Below are positions 1 to 8,663 of a stretch of DNA of 64,000 nucleotides, one piece after another (the first letter of the stretch is position 1; each line of letters begins with the position of its first letter). Made by a program: the position numbers and the translations under genes. The DNA is from a virus, in IMG/VR virus record IMGVR_UViG_3300037760_000179, positions 1 to 64,000 of that record; one strand, written 5' to 3'. The notes beneath the pieces were generated by a model that saw nothing but the letters and a program-made list of their open reading frames with translations, was not told where the DNA came from and did no database searches.

Positions 1-4
1 CGAG

Positions 5-451
5 ATGGGGGTGGACGAGGCGGCCGGGTCGGCGCTCGACCAGTTCCGCGCCGGGCGGATCCGGCTGGCCGACGGCACCGAGCTGGTACGCGGTGGCACG
101 CTGGATTGCGTCTGGGCGGTCGCCCCGCCGCCGCTGGCCGTGCTGAACACCTCGATCGTCACCGAGGACGGGGCATACGAGATGCGGACCGTCGACCTGG
201 ACGAGGCCCGCAAGCTGGTCGCCGACGCACCGGCGATCGACTCGGCGGTGGGTCACGACGCGACCGCCGCCGTGTTGTCCGAACTGCTCGGCGAGGTGGT
301 GCCGTTGAACCGGCAGCAGTTCCGGCAGCGCCCGGGGCAGTCCGCCCTGGTGCTCAAGCTGCACGGCCGGCCGCCGGAGGGGGTCATCCTGGACCGTACG
401 GCGATGGACAGCATCGGGTACTCGCTGAAGGTGCTGACCCGCACCGCCTGA
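5..451 (+). CDS. DUF1874/YddF-family protein, AcrIII-1-like cyclic oligoadenylate ring nuclease (N-terminus may extend beyond window)
   Basis: C-terminal ~105 aa match the family pattern: AVLNTSIV...GAYEMRTVDLDEAR...IDSAVGHDATAAVLSELLG..VPLNR....Q.PGQSALVLKLHGRPPEGVIL (SAxGH catalytic motif; RxPEG motif). Confidence 0.82.
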   Translation: MGVDEAAGSALDQFRAGRIRLADGTELVRGGTLDCVWAVAPPPLAVLNTSIVTEDGAYEMRTVDLDEARKLVADAPAIDSAVGHDATAAVLSELLGEVVPLNRQQFRQRPGQSALVLKLHGRPPEGVILDRTAMDSIGYSLKVLTRTA

Positions 452-460
452 CGACGACAA

Positions 461-516
461 AGAGCGGCCCCGGTCCCCCCTGGGAGGTGATCCCAGAAGG
501 GGGCTGGGGCCGTTCT
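461..516. terminator. Long hairpin, probable bidirectional intrinsic terminator
   Basis: AGAGCGGCCCCGG...TGGGA-GGTGA-TCCCA...CTGGGGCCGTTCT inverted repeat between convergent genes. Confidence 0.65.
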
Positions 517-539
517 GCTGCGCTGTTCTCCCGGCGGGC

Positions 540-701
540 CTACCGGCTGTAGCCCTCCTGCTGGATCTCCCGCCGCACCTGCCGGGCCTCTACCCGTCTC
601 GCCGCCCGGGTTCCCCTGCCGGTTGCCGGGCAGTCGGGTCCGGGTGGTAGCCGGCAGACGGGGCACTGGGCCGGCCAGGTGCGGCCGAGCATGCGGGCCA
701 T
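540..701 (-). CDS. Small Cys-containing hypothetical protein
   Basis: MARMLGRTWPAQCPVCRLPPGPDC...; directly follows the HTH gene on the same strand. Confidence 0.4.
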   Translation of the reverse strand: MARMLGRTWPAQCPVCRLPPGPDCPATGRGTRAARRVEARQVRREIQQEGYSR

Positions 702-711
702 GGACAGGAGG

Positions 712-978
712 CTACCCGGACGGGGGCGGGCCGTCGCCGGGCTGGTCGACACCGTTGCGGCGTTCCCGCCGGTACTCGTCCAGCTCCCGGCGCACATCCT
801 CGGGATGTAGGAACCGGTCCCCCCTCGGCCCGCGGCGGCGGTAGCGGAACCGGCCGTCCCGGACCCACCGGTCGACACTCGCCCTGGCCGCGTCGAGTAG
901 TACGGCGACCTCGCTCAGGCGCAGCCACTCCCCGGCGTCGAGCCGCCGCTCAAGGTCGGCTCGGTCGGGTTCGGGCAT
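712..978 (-). CDS. HTH_17/excisionase-like DNA-binding protein (probable regulator of the transfer module)
   Basis: EWLRLSEVAVLLDAARASVDRWVRDG; RBS AGGAG upstream; divergent from tra genes. Confidence 0.75.
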   Translation of the reverse strand: MPEPDRADLERRLDAGEWLRLSEVAVLLDAARASVDRWVRDGRFRYRRRGPRGDRFLHPEDVRRELDEYRRERRNGVDQPGDGPPPSG

Positions 979-1070
979 CCTGCCTGCTCCTGTCGCTTCG
1001 GGGGTTGCGCTGATCGTACCGGCTGCCGCGCCTGTCTTGAACCACCCAAACGGCGCAAGTTGATCTAGTC

Positions 1071-1124
1071 GTCTCGTTTCGCCCGGTTGTCTCGCTTGCC
1101 CCGTGCGTCTCAGTCAGTCAGAAT
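1071..1124 (+). promoter_or_regulatory. Divergent promoter region with three GTCTC repeats at 18-bp spacing
   Basis: GTCTC at 1071, 1089, 1107; -10-like CAGAAT at 1119-1124. Confidence 0.4.
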
Positions 1125-2214
1125 GGTCGGCGTGACTGACCCCCGACCGACCGACCGACCGACCACCCGACCGACCACGCCCGACCAACCGGTGGAACAC
1201 CCCGACCCGCAGTGGCTAGCGGTCGCCTTGCCGGTCGCCATCTGGACCCTCACCGTGGTCGTCACCTTCCTGGCCCTGTCCGGGCAGGTCGAGTTCGCCG
1301 AGTGGGCGGGTATCACCGACGGCCGTAAGTACCTCGTCCCGGCCGGGCTGGAGCTGGCCGCGGTCGGGTTCCTGCTGGTCGGCTACCGGCGCGCCCGCCG
1401 CGGTTACTCCCCGCTGGGCATGTGGGCGCTGGCCGGGCTGGTCGGGTCGTTCGCGGTCTGGACCAACGTGGTCCACGCGGGCGACCGCGCCGGCCCGGTC
1501 TTCGGCGCCTTCACGGTGGTCGCGCTGCTGCTGTGGTTCGTGAAGTTCCGTGACGACTACGCCGAGCACCAGCGCCGCACCGGGCAGGCCACCCCCCGGC
1601 GGCCCAAGTTCGGCTGGCGGATGTGGGCCTCCGCACCCCGGCTGACCTGGCGCGCCCGGCTGGTCGCGATCCGGCTCCAGCTCTCGGAGGTGCGGCTCGC
1701 CACGGTGTACGCCGAGCTGTGGCTGACCGTGTACGACGACGCGGCCGGCCAGCCGGGCAAGCTCCGCCGCCGCACCGCCTGGCGGACGGTGATGGTCGCC
1801 GCCTGCCACCCCGTGGCGGACCTACCGACCACGGTCGAGGTAGCCACCGTTGCGGTCGTCGACCGGCCGCCCCCGCCGGGCGCCGAGCCGGAGCCGACCG
1901 CGGTTGCCGACCGGGCCACCCCCGCCGGGCCGACCAAGCCGAGCCGACCACACCGCAGCCGGAAGGCGACCAAGGGCCGACCGCTGCGGATGGTGTGGTC
2001 GCCGACCGTGGTCGCCAACGCCCGCGCCCTACGGGACACCTTCGGCGACCGGCTGCCAACCGACCGGCAGGTACGCGACCAGATGGGCTGGTCCTACGAC
2101 CGCGCCCGGCCGGCGATCGAGGCGCACCGGGCGGGGGCCGACCGGGAACCGACCGACCGCGGAACGCCCGACCGGTCCGACGGCGACGACATGGAGAGTG
2201 AGGCGGCCGCATGA
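1123..2214 (+). CDS. DUF2637-family membrane protein with C-terminal HTH (Spd-like spread/transfer protein)
   Basis: Four TM segments, GITDGRKYLVPAGLELAAV, C-terminal LPTDRQVRDQMGWSYDRAR HTH-like segment; start could be GTG 1132. Confidence 0.7.
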   Translation: MVGVTDPRPTDRPTTRPTTPDQPVEHPDPQWLAVALPVAIWTLTVVVTFLALSGQVEFAEWAGITDGRKYLVPAGLELAAVGFLLVGYRRARRGYSPLGMWALAGLVGSFAVWTNVVHAGDRAGPVFGAFTVVALLLWFVKFRDDYAEHQRRTGQATPRRPKFGWRMWASAPRLTWRARLVAIRLQLSEVRLATVYAELWLTVYDDAAGQPGKLRRRTAWRTVMVAACHPVADLPTTVEVATVAVVDRPPPPGAEPEPTAVADRATPAGPTKPSRPHRSRKATKGRPLRMVWSPTVVANARALRDTFGDRLPTDRQVRDQMGWSYDRARPAIEAHRAGADREPTDRGTPDRSDGDDMESEAAA

Positions 2215-2330
2215 GGACGCAGCGAAAGTCGGTGGCGACCGGGCCGCGTGTTAGCCGGCTGATGGTGGTACTCGGCGCGGCGATGATGCTGGCCGGCGCG
2301 GTCGGGCACCTGATGGGGCGGTTCCTGTGA
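2211..2330 (+). CDS. 39-aa single-TM protein (not in ORF track)
   Basis: ATGA overlap with upstream stop and GTGA overlap with next gene; MRTQRKSVATGPRVSRLMVVLGAAMMLAGAVGHLMGRFL. Confidence 0.6.
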   Translation: MRTQRKSVATGPRVSRLMVVLGAAMMLAGAVGHLMGRFL

Positions 2331-2602
2331 CCGCCCCGGCTCCGCCCCGGCGGCGGGGGCGGCGGGCGCGGTGGGGCACGGCGGACGTGGCGATGCTGCT
2401 GGCCGCGGTGTTTGCGCTGGTGGGGGCGGGTGGGTTGCCACTGTCGCCCGGCTGGTTCTGGGCGTGGATGGCCGCGGCGGCGGGGCTGATGCTGGTCGGT
2501 GCCGCCGCAGCGGCCGGGGAGGGCGTATCGCGTGTGTCGCGGTCTCGCGTATCGCCGGTATCGCCCCGCCGGCCGGCGGGTTTCCGCAGGTCAAAGAGCT
2601 GA
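2327..2602 (+). CDS. Small membrane protein (Spd-like)
   Basis: Two hydrophobic segments, translationally coupled. Confidence 0.55.
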   Translation: MTAPAPPRRRGRRARWGTADVAMLLAAVFALVGAGGLPLSPGWFWAWMAAAAGLMLVGAAAAAGEGVSRVSRSRVSPVSPRRPAGFRRSKS

Positions 2603-2615
2603 CAGGGGGGTAGGT

Positions 2616-3899
2616 GTGGTGACGCGATACGGCGATGACGCGACACGGCGACCCGGGCGGCAGGCCCGGCCGGGGGCGTTGCCCGCGGGGATGGTGGTGC
2701 TGGGCGCGGCCAACGCGGTGGTGATCGCCGGGGCGACGGTGGCGCACCTGGCCGGGCTGGTCGGGCTGGCGGTGGCCACGGGCGGGACAGCGGCTGCCGG
2801 TGCGGCGGGGGCTGTGGCGCGGCGGCGGGTGCGTGGCCGGTGGCGGATGGTCAACGGCCGGCCGGTGCGCGTCGACGGCCCCCGCCGGCCCCAGCCGGGC
2901 CGGCCGACCGGGGCGGCGGGTTCGGGTGGTGCCCGGTCGGAGGGGCTGCCGCCTCGGTCCGGCGGGGCGGCCGGGCAGGTGCGTCGTGGGGCTCGGGCGG
3001 CGGGTGAGTGGCTGGGGCTGGTGGAGCCGCGGAAGTCTCCGCCGCCGGGTGCGCGGCAGGTGCCGCCGGCGCCCGGTGGCCGGGCGGGCGCGCCGGGCCA
3101 GGGCCAGGGTGCCGCGGTGCGTCCCCGGACTGCGCCCGCTACCGGACGGTCGGGCCGGGCTCGGCAACTGGTGGCGGGGGCGTGGCGTGCGTGGCAGCGC
3201 CGCGACGCGCCGGAACCGGCTCCGGCGCGGCCGGGACGCCGCCCGTCGCCACGTCCACGGCCCGGCGCACCCGGCCGACCCACCGGACCGACCGGCCCGC
3301 CGACCAACCCGGCCGGACCGGTGGGGGATGACCCGTCCCGGCGCCAGCCGGTCGACCAGCGGCCGGAGCGGCGCCCCGGCCAGACCACCGACCCCGAGCC
3401 CGAGCCCGCCGGAGAGCCGGACCTCGGCGGGAACCCGCCGGGCGCCCGACCGGATCCGGCCGACCAGCCGACACCCGAACCGACCACCACCCGGCCCACC
3501 GTGGCCGCACCAACTGGAGGAACCATGTCCCAGACGCCGATGCTGCAAGTGCAAGAGGCGGCCGACCAGATCGTGGCGATCCTGACCCGGTGGGAGCCGG
3601 AGGGGATGCTGGAGGTGCTGTACGCCTACCGGCACTGGCCGGACGCGCTGAACCGGCTGGTGGAGGCGTGGGCGATCCTGCACCGCAAGGCCACCAACGG
3701 GCTGGCCGGCTACCCGCTGCACCCCGCGGTCACCGACCTGATCGAGTCGGTGTCCCGACACCAGCGGCTGACCGCCACCGCCGCGGAGGAGATCGCCCCG
3801 ACCGCGCACGCGCTGCACCGGGAGCAGATCGAGGCGCTGGAGGATCCGCGGAAGGCGATGTGGGACCACCGCGCCAACCGGGACCGGTCGGTGGCATGA
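2616..3899 (+). CDS. TraA-like plasmid/AICE transfer protein (TM + Pro-rich linker + C-terminal helical domain)
   Basis: C-terminus AEEIAPTAHALHREQIEALEDPRKAMWD resembles actinomycete transfer proteins found upstream of traB; internal RBS GGAGG before ATG 3525. Confidence 0.55.
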   Translation: MVTRYGDDATRRPGRQARPGALPAGMVVLGAANAVVIAGATVAHLAGLVGLAVATGGTAAAGAAGAVARRRVRGRWRMVNGRPVRVDGPRRPQPGRPTGAAGSGGARSEGLPPRSGGAAGQVRRGARAAGEWLGLVEPRKSPPPGARQVPPAPGGRAGAPGQGQGAAVRPRTAPATGRSGRARQLVAGAWRAWQRRDAPEPAPARPGRRPSPRPRPGAPGRPTGPTGPPTNPAGPVGDDPSRRQPVDQRPERRPGQTTDPEPEPAGEPDLGGNPPGARPDPADQPTPEPTTTRPTVAAPTGGTMSQTPMLQVQEAADQIVAILTRWEPEGMLEVLYAYRHWPDALNRLVEAWAILHRKATNGLAGYPLHPAVTDLIESVSRHQRLTATAAEEIAPTAHALHREQIEALEDPRKAMWDHRANRDRSVA

Positions 3900-5959
3900 C
3901 CCGGCGGCTGGTGGTGGACTGGGGCGACTGGTCGTTCGGGCCGGGCAGGCACCCGGTGGTCGGTGCGGCGATGGCCGGCGGCATCGCCCTGGCGGTGACG
4001 ATGCTCGGGGCGCTGACCGGGCTGCTGGTGCCGTGGTGGCCCCTGCTGGCCGGGGCGGTGCTGGGCTGCGCCGCCGCGGTCACCGGGGCGTGGCAGGCCG
4101 CACCCGGGCAGGCGGTGGCCTACCGCGGGCTGTGCTGGCTGGCAGCCGGCGGCTGGTCGGCCGGGACGCTCGCGTTCGCCGACCCATGGTCGCGGTGGCC
4201 GCTGCTCACCCTGACCACCGGCGTGGCCCTGGCCGCGGTGGTCGGGTCCGGGTTGGCGTGGCTGGACCGGCGGGACCAGCCCGCCGCCGACGCGGCGGAC
4301 CAGCCGACCCCGGGGCTGGACAAGCTCGCCGCCCGGTGGGAGGCGAAGCTGCGGCAGATCACCCGCCGGCAGGTCAGCGTGCTGCGGCTGGACTGGTGGG
4401 AGCCGCGGACCGGGTTCAGCCTGGAGTGCCGGCTACCCGACGACGGCACCACCCTTGCCGATGTCAAGGCGTACGAGGCGCAGCTGGCCGCCGCGGCGAA
4501 CCTGCCACCGGGCTGCAACGTGGAGGTGCTGGCCGGCGGCGGCGGGCGGCGGGCGGTGCGGATCCGGGTGGCCACCGAGAACGCCATGGCGCAGGTGCTG
4601 CCGATCCCCGACGACACCGCCCCGCTGACGGTCTGCCGGCCGCTGCCGCTGGGGGTCCACGCCGACCGCACCCCCGGGTCGGTGGACCTGCGGTACGCCT
4701 GCGCCGTGCTGGTGGGGCAGACCGACTCCGGCAAGTCCAACACCCTCAACGTGATCACCCACCAGCTGGTCCGCTGCCCGGACGCGCTGGTGTGGGCGAT
4801 CGACCTGTCGGGCAACGGCCGCTACCCGCGGCCGTGGGTGCGGGCGTGGCGGGAGGGCGAGGCGGAGGCGCCGGCGATCGACTGGGCGGCGGTCACCGCC
4901 GAGGAGGCGCTGGCGATGTGCCGCGCCGCGGTGGCGGTCGTCAACGGGCGCACCGCCGCGTACGAGCAGCTGATGCACGAACGCAACGTCGACCTGATCC
5001 CGGTCGGGCCGGACCTGCCGGAGATCGTGATCGTCACCGACGAGTTCGCGGACCTGCCCGAGCAGGTCAAGGCGATGCTGGAGACGATCTCGAACACGGG
5101 CCGCGGCGCGGCCGTGCGGGAAGTCACGAGCGTGCTGCGGGCGACCGGGCAGTACATCTCCCGGGCGATGATCGTGCAGGCGCGGGAGCGGATCGCCATG
5201 CGCGTCAGCGACGAAGCCGAGTTGCAGTACCTGTTCGACCAGCAGTGGGGGCGTGGCCGGGTCGACCCGGCGTCCGTGCCCTACCAGGGGTCGGGGCTGA
5301 TCTCCACCGGCACCAGCCCGATCGCCCCGTTCAAGGCGTGGCGGGTCGACCCGGCCCGGATTCAGGCGGTGGCGGTAGCGGTGGCTGGGCGGCGCCCCGA
5401 CCTTGACCCGATCTCCGCGCAGCTCGCCGGCCCGGAGTACGCGGACCGGTGGGAGCGGACGCTGCCGCTGATGTTCCCCGGCGCGGACCCGCCGGCCAGG
5501 CCCGCCCGACCGGTGCCGGCCGCCGGCGGGGCGACGCTGACCCGACCGAAGGAGGAGACGGTGAACCTGGACGAGGCCGCAGACGACCTGCGGCGGGCGT
5601 TGAAGCAGGCCCGGCTGGCACGTGAGCAGGCCGAGGCCGGGCAGCCGGTGGCGTCGGTGGCCGACTGGTCCGTGGTGGAGGGGTGGCTGGCTGAGGCCAC
5701 CCCTGGCCAGGACCGGCCGCAGGTGCCGCCGCGGGTGCGGATGCGGGAGCTGGTCGAGCAGCACCGCCGTGACGGGATCGGCCCGCGGGCGGTGTGGCAG
5801 ACCCTGCGTGAGGAGGGGCACCCGACCGCCGAGCAGACGGTGATCACGTGGATGCGGCGGGACGCCGAGGCGGGAATCCTGGCCCAGCCCGGCGGCCGGG
5901 GCCAGCCGTACGTGCCGGGTCTGCGGTTCACGCTCCGGCAGGAGGACGAACCGTCATGA
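3896..5959 (+). CDS. traB: FtsK/SpoIIIE-type conjugative dsDNA translocase TraB
   Basis: N-terminal TM helices, Walker A GQTDSGKS, Walker B IVIVTDE, GRGAAVR motif, C-terminal winged-helix-like domain; ATGA-coupled start. Confidence 0.85.
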   Translation: MTRRLVVDWGDWSFGPGRHPVVGAAMAGGIALAVTMLGALTGLLVPWWPLLAGAVLGCAAAVTGAWQAAPGQAVAYRGLCWLAAGGWSAGTLAFADPWSRWPLLTLTTGVALAAVVGSGLAWLDRRDQPAADAADQPTPGLDKLAARWEAKLRQITRRQVSVLRLDWWEPRTGFSLECRLPDDGTTLADVKAYEAQLAAAANLPPGCNVEVLAGGGGRRAVRIRVATENAMAQVLPIPDDTAPLTVCRPLPLGVHADRTPGSVDLRYACAVLVGQTDSGKSNTLNVITHQLVRCPDALVWAIDLSGNGRYPRPWVRAWREGEAEAPAIDWAAVTAEEALAMCRAAVAVVNGRTAAYEQLMHERNVDLIPVGPDLPEIVIVTDEFADLPEQVKAMLETISNTGRGAAVREVTSVLRATGQYISRAMIVQARERIAMRVSDEAELQYLFDQQWGRGRVDPASVPYQGSGLISTGTSPIAPFKAWRVDPARIQAVAVAVAGRRPDLDPISAQLAGPEYADRWERTLPLMFPGADPPARPARPVPAAGGATLTRPKEETVNLDEAADDLRRALKQARLAREQAEAGQPVASVADWSVVEGWLAEATPGQDRPQVPPRVRMRELVEQHRRDGIGPRAVWQTLREEGHPTAEQTVITWMRRDAEAGILAQPGGRGQPYVPGLRFTLRQEDEPS

Positions 5960-6246
5960 TCGTGATCTGGCTGGGGCTGATGGGCGCCACCGGGTGGCTG
6001 GTGTGGCCGCACACGGACCAGCACGAGGTGCTGCTGGTGCTGCTCGGCATCGGGGTGGTGTCCGGGCTGGTGCTGAACCGGGACAACGGCCACGGCCTCG
6101 GGTGGGTGTGCGGCTTCGGCGCCGGCCTGCTGATGATCTTCGCAGCTTGGACGCTGCCGGACGGGCACCCGGGCGCGGCGGCGCTGGCGCTGGGCGGGCT
6201 GGCGCTGTTCCTGGGCTCGCTGGTCGCCACGGCATCCGGCAAGTAG
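5956..6246 (+). CDS. Small membrane protein
   Basis: ATGA overlap with traB stop; 3-4 hydrophobic segments. Confidence 0.6.
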   Translation: MIVIWLGLMGATGWLVWPHTDQHEVLLVLLGIGVVSGLVLNRDNGHGLGWVCGFGAGLLMIFAAWTLPDGHPGAAALALGGLALFLGSLVATASGK

Positions 6247-6282
6247 CAGCCGACCAACCACACCAGAGGGGAGGTGACAGAC

Positions 6283-6450
6283 ATGGGACGTAGGCAGCAG
6301 CAGGAGGACCAGGAGGCAGCCGACACGGCCACCGTGGCGATCCTGCGCGGGTTGTCGCGTAACGGGCACCAGCGGGGCGTGCTCGCCGAGCTGACCCCGG
6401 CCGAGCAGGCCGAGGTGTTCGCCGCGGAGGCGCGGCACCGCCGGCGGTGA
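6283..6450 (+). CDS. 55-aa hypothetical protein (not in ORF track)
   Basis: RBS GGGGAGGTG before ATG; MGRRQQQEDQEAADTATVAILRGL... Confidence 0.55.
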   Translation: MGRRQQQEDQEAADTATVAILRGLSRNGHQRGVLAELTPAEQAEVFAAEARHRRR

Positions 6451-6517
6451 AGGTGCGGCATCCGGGCGACGCGTCCGGGTGCCGGGCCTTGACCAGCCGG
6501 AACCTGAGGAGGGCAAC

Positions 6518-6778
6518 GTGAGGCTGATTGGACAGGAGATCGCCCCGGTGCGGGCGCTGCCGGCGGTCGCCTCGGACCCGGACGGGCCGGGGCTGGCGCT
6601 GTGGCACCGGTGCGACCACTGCGGGCACCCGGTGGTGTCCGCCGCCAATCTGGTCGACCGACCCTGCCGCAGGTGCCGGCCGTATGGGCGGCTGCTGGCG
6701 GCCGGGTACTGCACCGTGGACCCGACACCGCCGGGTACGGCGGTCGCGTACCCTGGCCGTGTGGCGCCCGCCGGGTAG
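6518..6778 (+). CDS. Zinc-ribbon hypothetical protein
   Basis: CDHC...CRRC; RBS GAGGAGG. Confidence 0.5.
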   Translation: MRLIGQEIAPVRALPAVASDPDGPGLALWHRCDHCGHPVVSAANLVDRPCRRCRPYGRLLAAGYCTVDPTPPGTAVAYPGRVAPAG

Positions 6779-6823
6779 GGCCGGCGGGGCGCCCACCCTC
6801 AGCCCTACCTGAGTGGAGCGCAC

Positions 6824-7816
6824 ATGCACCACGTCATCGTGGATCCCCGTTTCGCCGCCCGGCTGCGCGAGTTGCGTTCGGCTGCCGGTCTATCGCTGCG
6901 GGACCTGTCCCGATCCGCCTACCTGGGGAAGTCGACCCTGTCTGAACTGGAGAACGGGCGCACCGTGCCGAGCATGGAAACTGCCGCCCACCTAGACGAC
7001 GTGCTGTCGGCCGGTGGTGAGCTGGCCGGCATGGTCGCCGAGCGGCAACCGGCCCCCGCCGAGCAGGTAGAACGGGTCGAGTACGCCCTGACCCACCCGG
7101 CCGCTGTGGATCGGGCGGCGGTGGAGGCGCTAACCGACGTGCTGGCCGCCCACCGCCGGCTCGACGACGCGCTGGACTCCCGCCTTCTGCTGCCGGCGGT
7201 GCGGGCGGAACGGGCCACGCTGCTGGGGCTGGCGGACGCGGTCCGTGGCCCGCAGGCAACGGCGGTGCGGCGGCTGGCGGCCGAGTGGACACTGTTCTCC
7301 GGCTGGCTGCACGCCGAGTCGCGCCACGACGGTGCCGCTGTGCGGCTGCTCGCGGACGCTGCGGACGCTGCGGACGAACTCGACGACGGGCATCTGGCGG
7401 CGCAGGCCGCCGACTTCTGCGGCTACGTGGCGCGGCAGGCTGGCAGGCACCGGGCCACCATCCGCTGGTGCCTGTCAGCCCACCACACGGCGGGTGCGGC
7501 CGAGTTGCAGCGGGCGATGAACGCGGCACATGCTGCGGGTGGGTATGCCCGGCTTGGGGACCGCCAGGAGGCGCAACGGCTCCTCGCGGCAGCCACCGAC
7601 CTGGCCGAGGCTGCCGACGGCCCCGCTCCGCCGGTCGCGTACTGGCTGACCCGGCAGTTCATCCACCTCGGCATCGGGGTGGCGTGGCTCGGCCTGGGTG
7701 ATCGGCCTCGCGCGGCGGATCACCTGCGCAACGGGCTTGGCTCGCTGCCGGACGGGCACGCAGAGGCGGAGTGGGCCGCCGAGTACCGAGAGGCGCTCGC
7801 GTCCGCTGTCCAGTAG
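6824..7816 (+). CDS. XRE-family HTH transcriptional regulator with helical-repeat C-terminus
   Basis: FAARLRELRSAAGLSLRDLSRSAYLGKSTLSELENGR; actinomycete XRE architecture. Confidence 0.85.
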   Translation: MHHVIVDPRFAARLRELRSAAGLSLRDLSRSAYLGKSTLSELENGRTVPSMETAAHLDDVLSAGGELAGMVAERQPAPAEQVERVEYALTHPAAVDRAAVEALTDVLAAHRRLDDALDSRLLLPAVRAERATLLGLADAVRGPQATAVRRLAAEWTLFSGWLHAESRHDGAAVRLLADAADAADELDDGHLAAQAADFCGYVARQAGRHRATIRWCLSAHHTAGAAELQRAMNAAHAAGGYARLGDRQEAQRLLAAATDLAEAADGPAPPVAYWLTRQFIHLGIGVAWLGLGDRPRAADHLRNGLGSLPDGHAEAEWAAEYREALASAVQ

Positions 7817-8023
7817 CGACCCGGACACCGAACCGCTTCCGATCATGGCTGCCGCCGTGTGACGGTGCTGGGTAGGTCGGCGCGGTTCGTCCCGTCCCCG
7901 TGACATGCCCGTCCGGGGGAAGCGGGCTGCGCCGGCCGCAAGCGGGGGGGATGGCCGGGGCACCGCGTGCCGGTGAAACGGAACCCTCGGCCGCCCCCCC
8001 ACCCCCGTGCGGAGGGAGCGACG

Positions 8024-8254
8024 ATGCTCAAGCTGTGGCGCACAGTGCGGCAGTGGTGGTCCGGCCCGGACCCCGGTGAGGGTGTGGCCCGTTGGGCCGG
8101 CCCGCCGCACCCGCTGCCCGGCCCGGGAGCCGGGCGGCGCGACGGGGACGTGTGGCGCCAGCCGGCGTGGACCGGCGACACCCAGTGGCTGCCCACCGTG
8201 CCGCGGCGCACCTTGGCGCAGGAATGGCGCGGACGGGGGGCCGGTGCCCGATGA
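8024..8254 (+). CDS. Hypothetical protein
   Basis: RBS GGAGGGAG; first of a coupled run of small ORFs. Confidence 0.5.
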   Translation: MLKLWRTVRQWWSGPDPGEGVARWAGPPHPLPGPGAGRRDGDVWRQPAWTGDTQWLPTVPRRTLAQEWRGRGAGAR

Positions 8255-8457
8255 TGCAGACGGTGCGCATCCCCGCCGGGCAGTGGACGGGCATCCCCGC
8301 CCTGGACGGCCAGGAACTGACGATCCAGCCGACCCATGTCGGCACGATCGTCGACGGCTGGATCAGCTTGCGCGGCTGGGTGGCCATCCCCGGCGAGCTG
8401 CAACGGGTCCAGCATTGGGTGCGGGTGTCGATCGGGGCGTGGGAGGCGGTGTCGTGA
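8251..8457 (+). CDS. Hypothetical protein
   Basis: ATGA overlap; good GC3 bias. Confidence 0.55.
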   Translation: MMQTVRIPAGQWTGIPALDGQELTIQPTHVGTIVDGWISLRGWVAIPGELQRVQHWVRVSIGAWEAVS

Positions 8458-8663
8458 CCGGGCCGCGGGAGCTGTGGCTGGAGCCGGCCCGCTGGGTGCC
8501 GCTGCCCGGCACCGAGCTTGAGGTGATGCTGCACGGCAAGCACCGCACCGGGGCCGGACCCGCCGCGGTGGTCACCCGCACGGGTGACACCACCGGCCGC
8601 AGCGGAGGGTGGGACCTGCGCCCGCTCGCCGGACGCGCGTTCGTACGGCAGGCTCGGCAGTGA
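8454..8663 (+). CDS. Hypothetical protein
   Basis: GTGA overlap. Confidence 0.5.
   Translation: MTGPRELWLEPARWVPLPGTELEVMLHGKHRTGAGPAAVVTRTGDTTGRSGGWDLRPLAGRAFVRQARQ

Noticed and set aside
2094-3869. 591-aa minus-strand ORF
   Set aside because: Arg/Pro-rich shadow of the plus-strand transfer genes.
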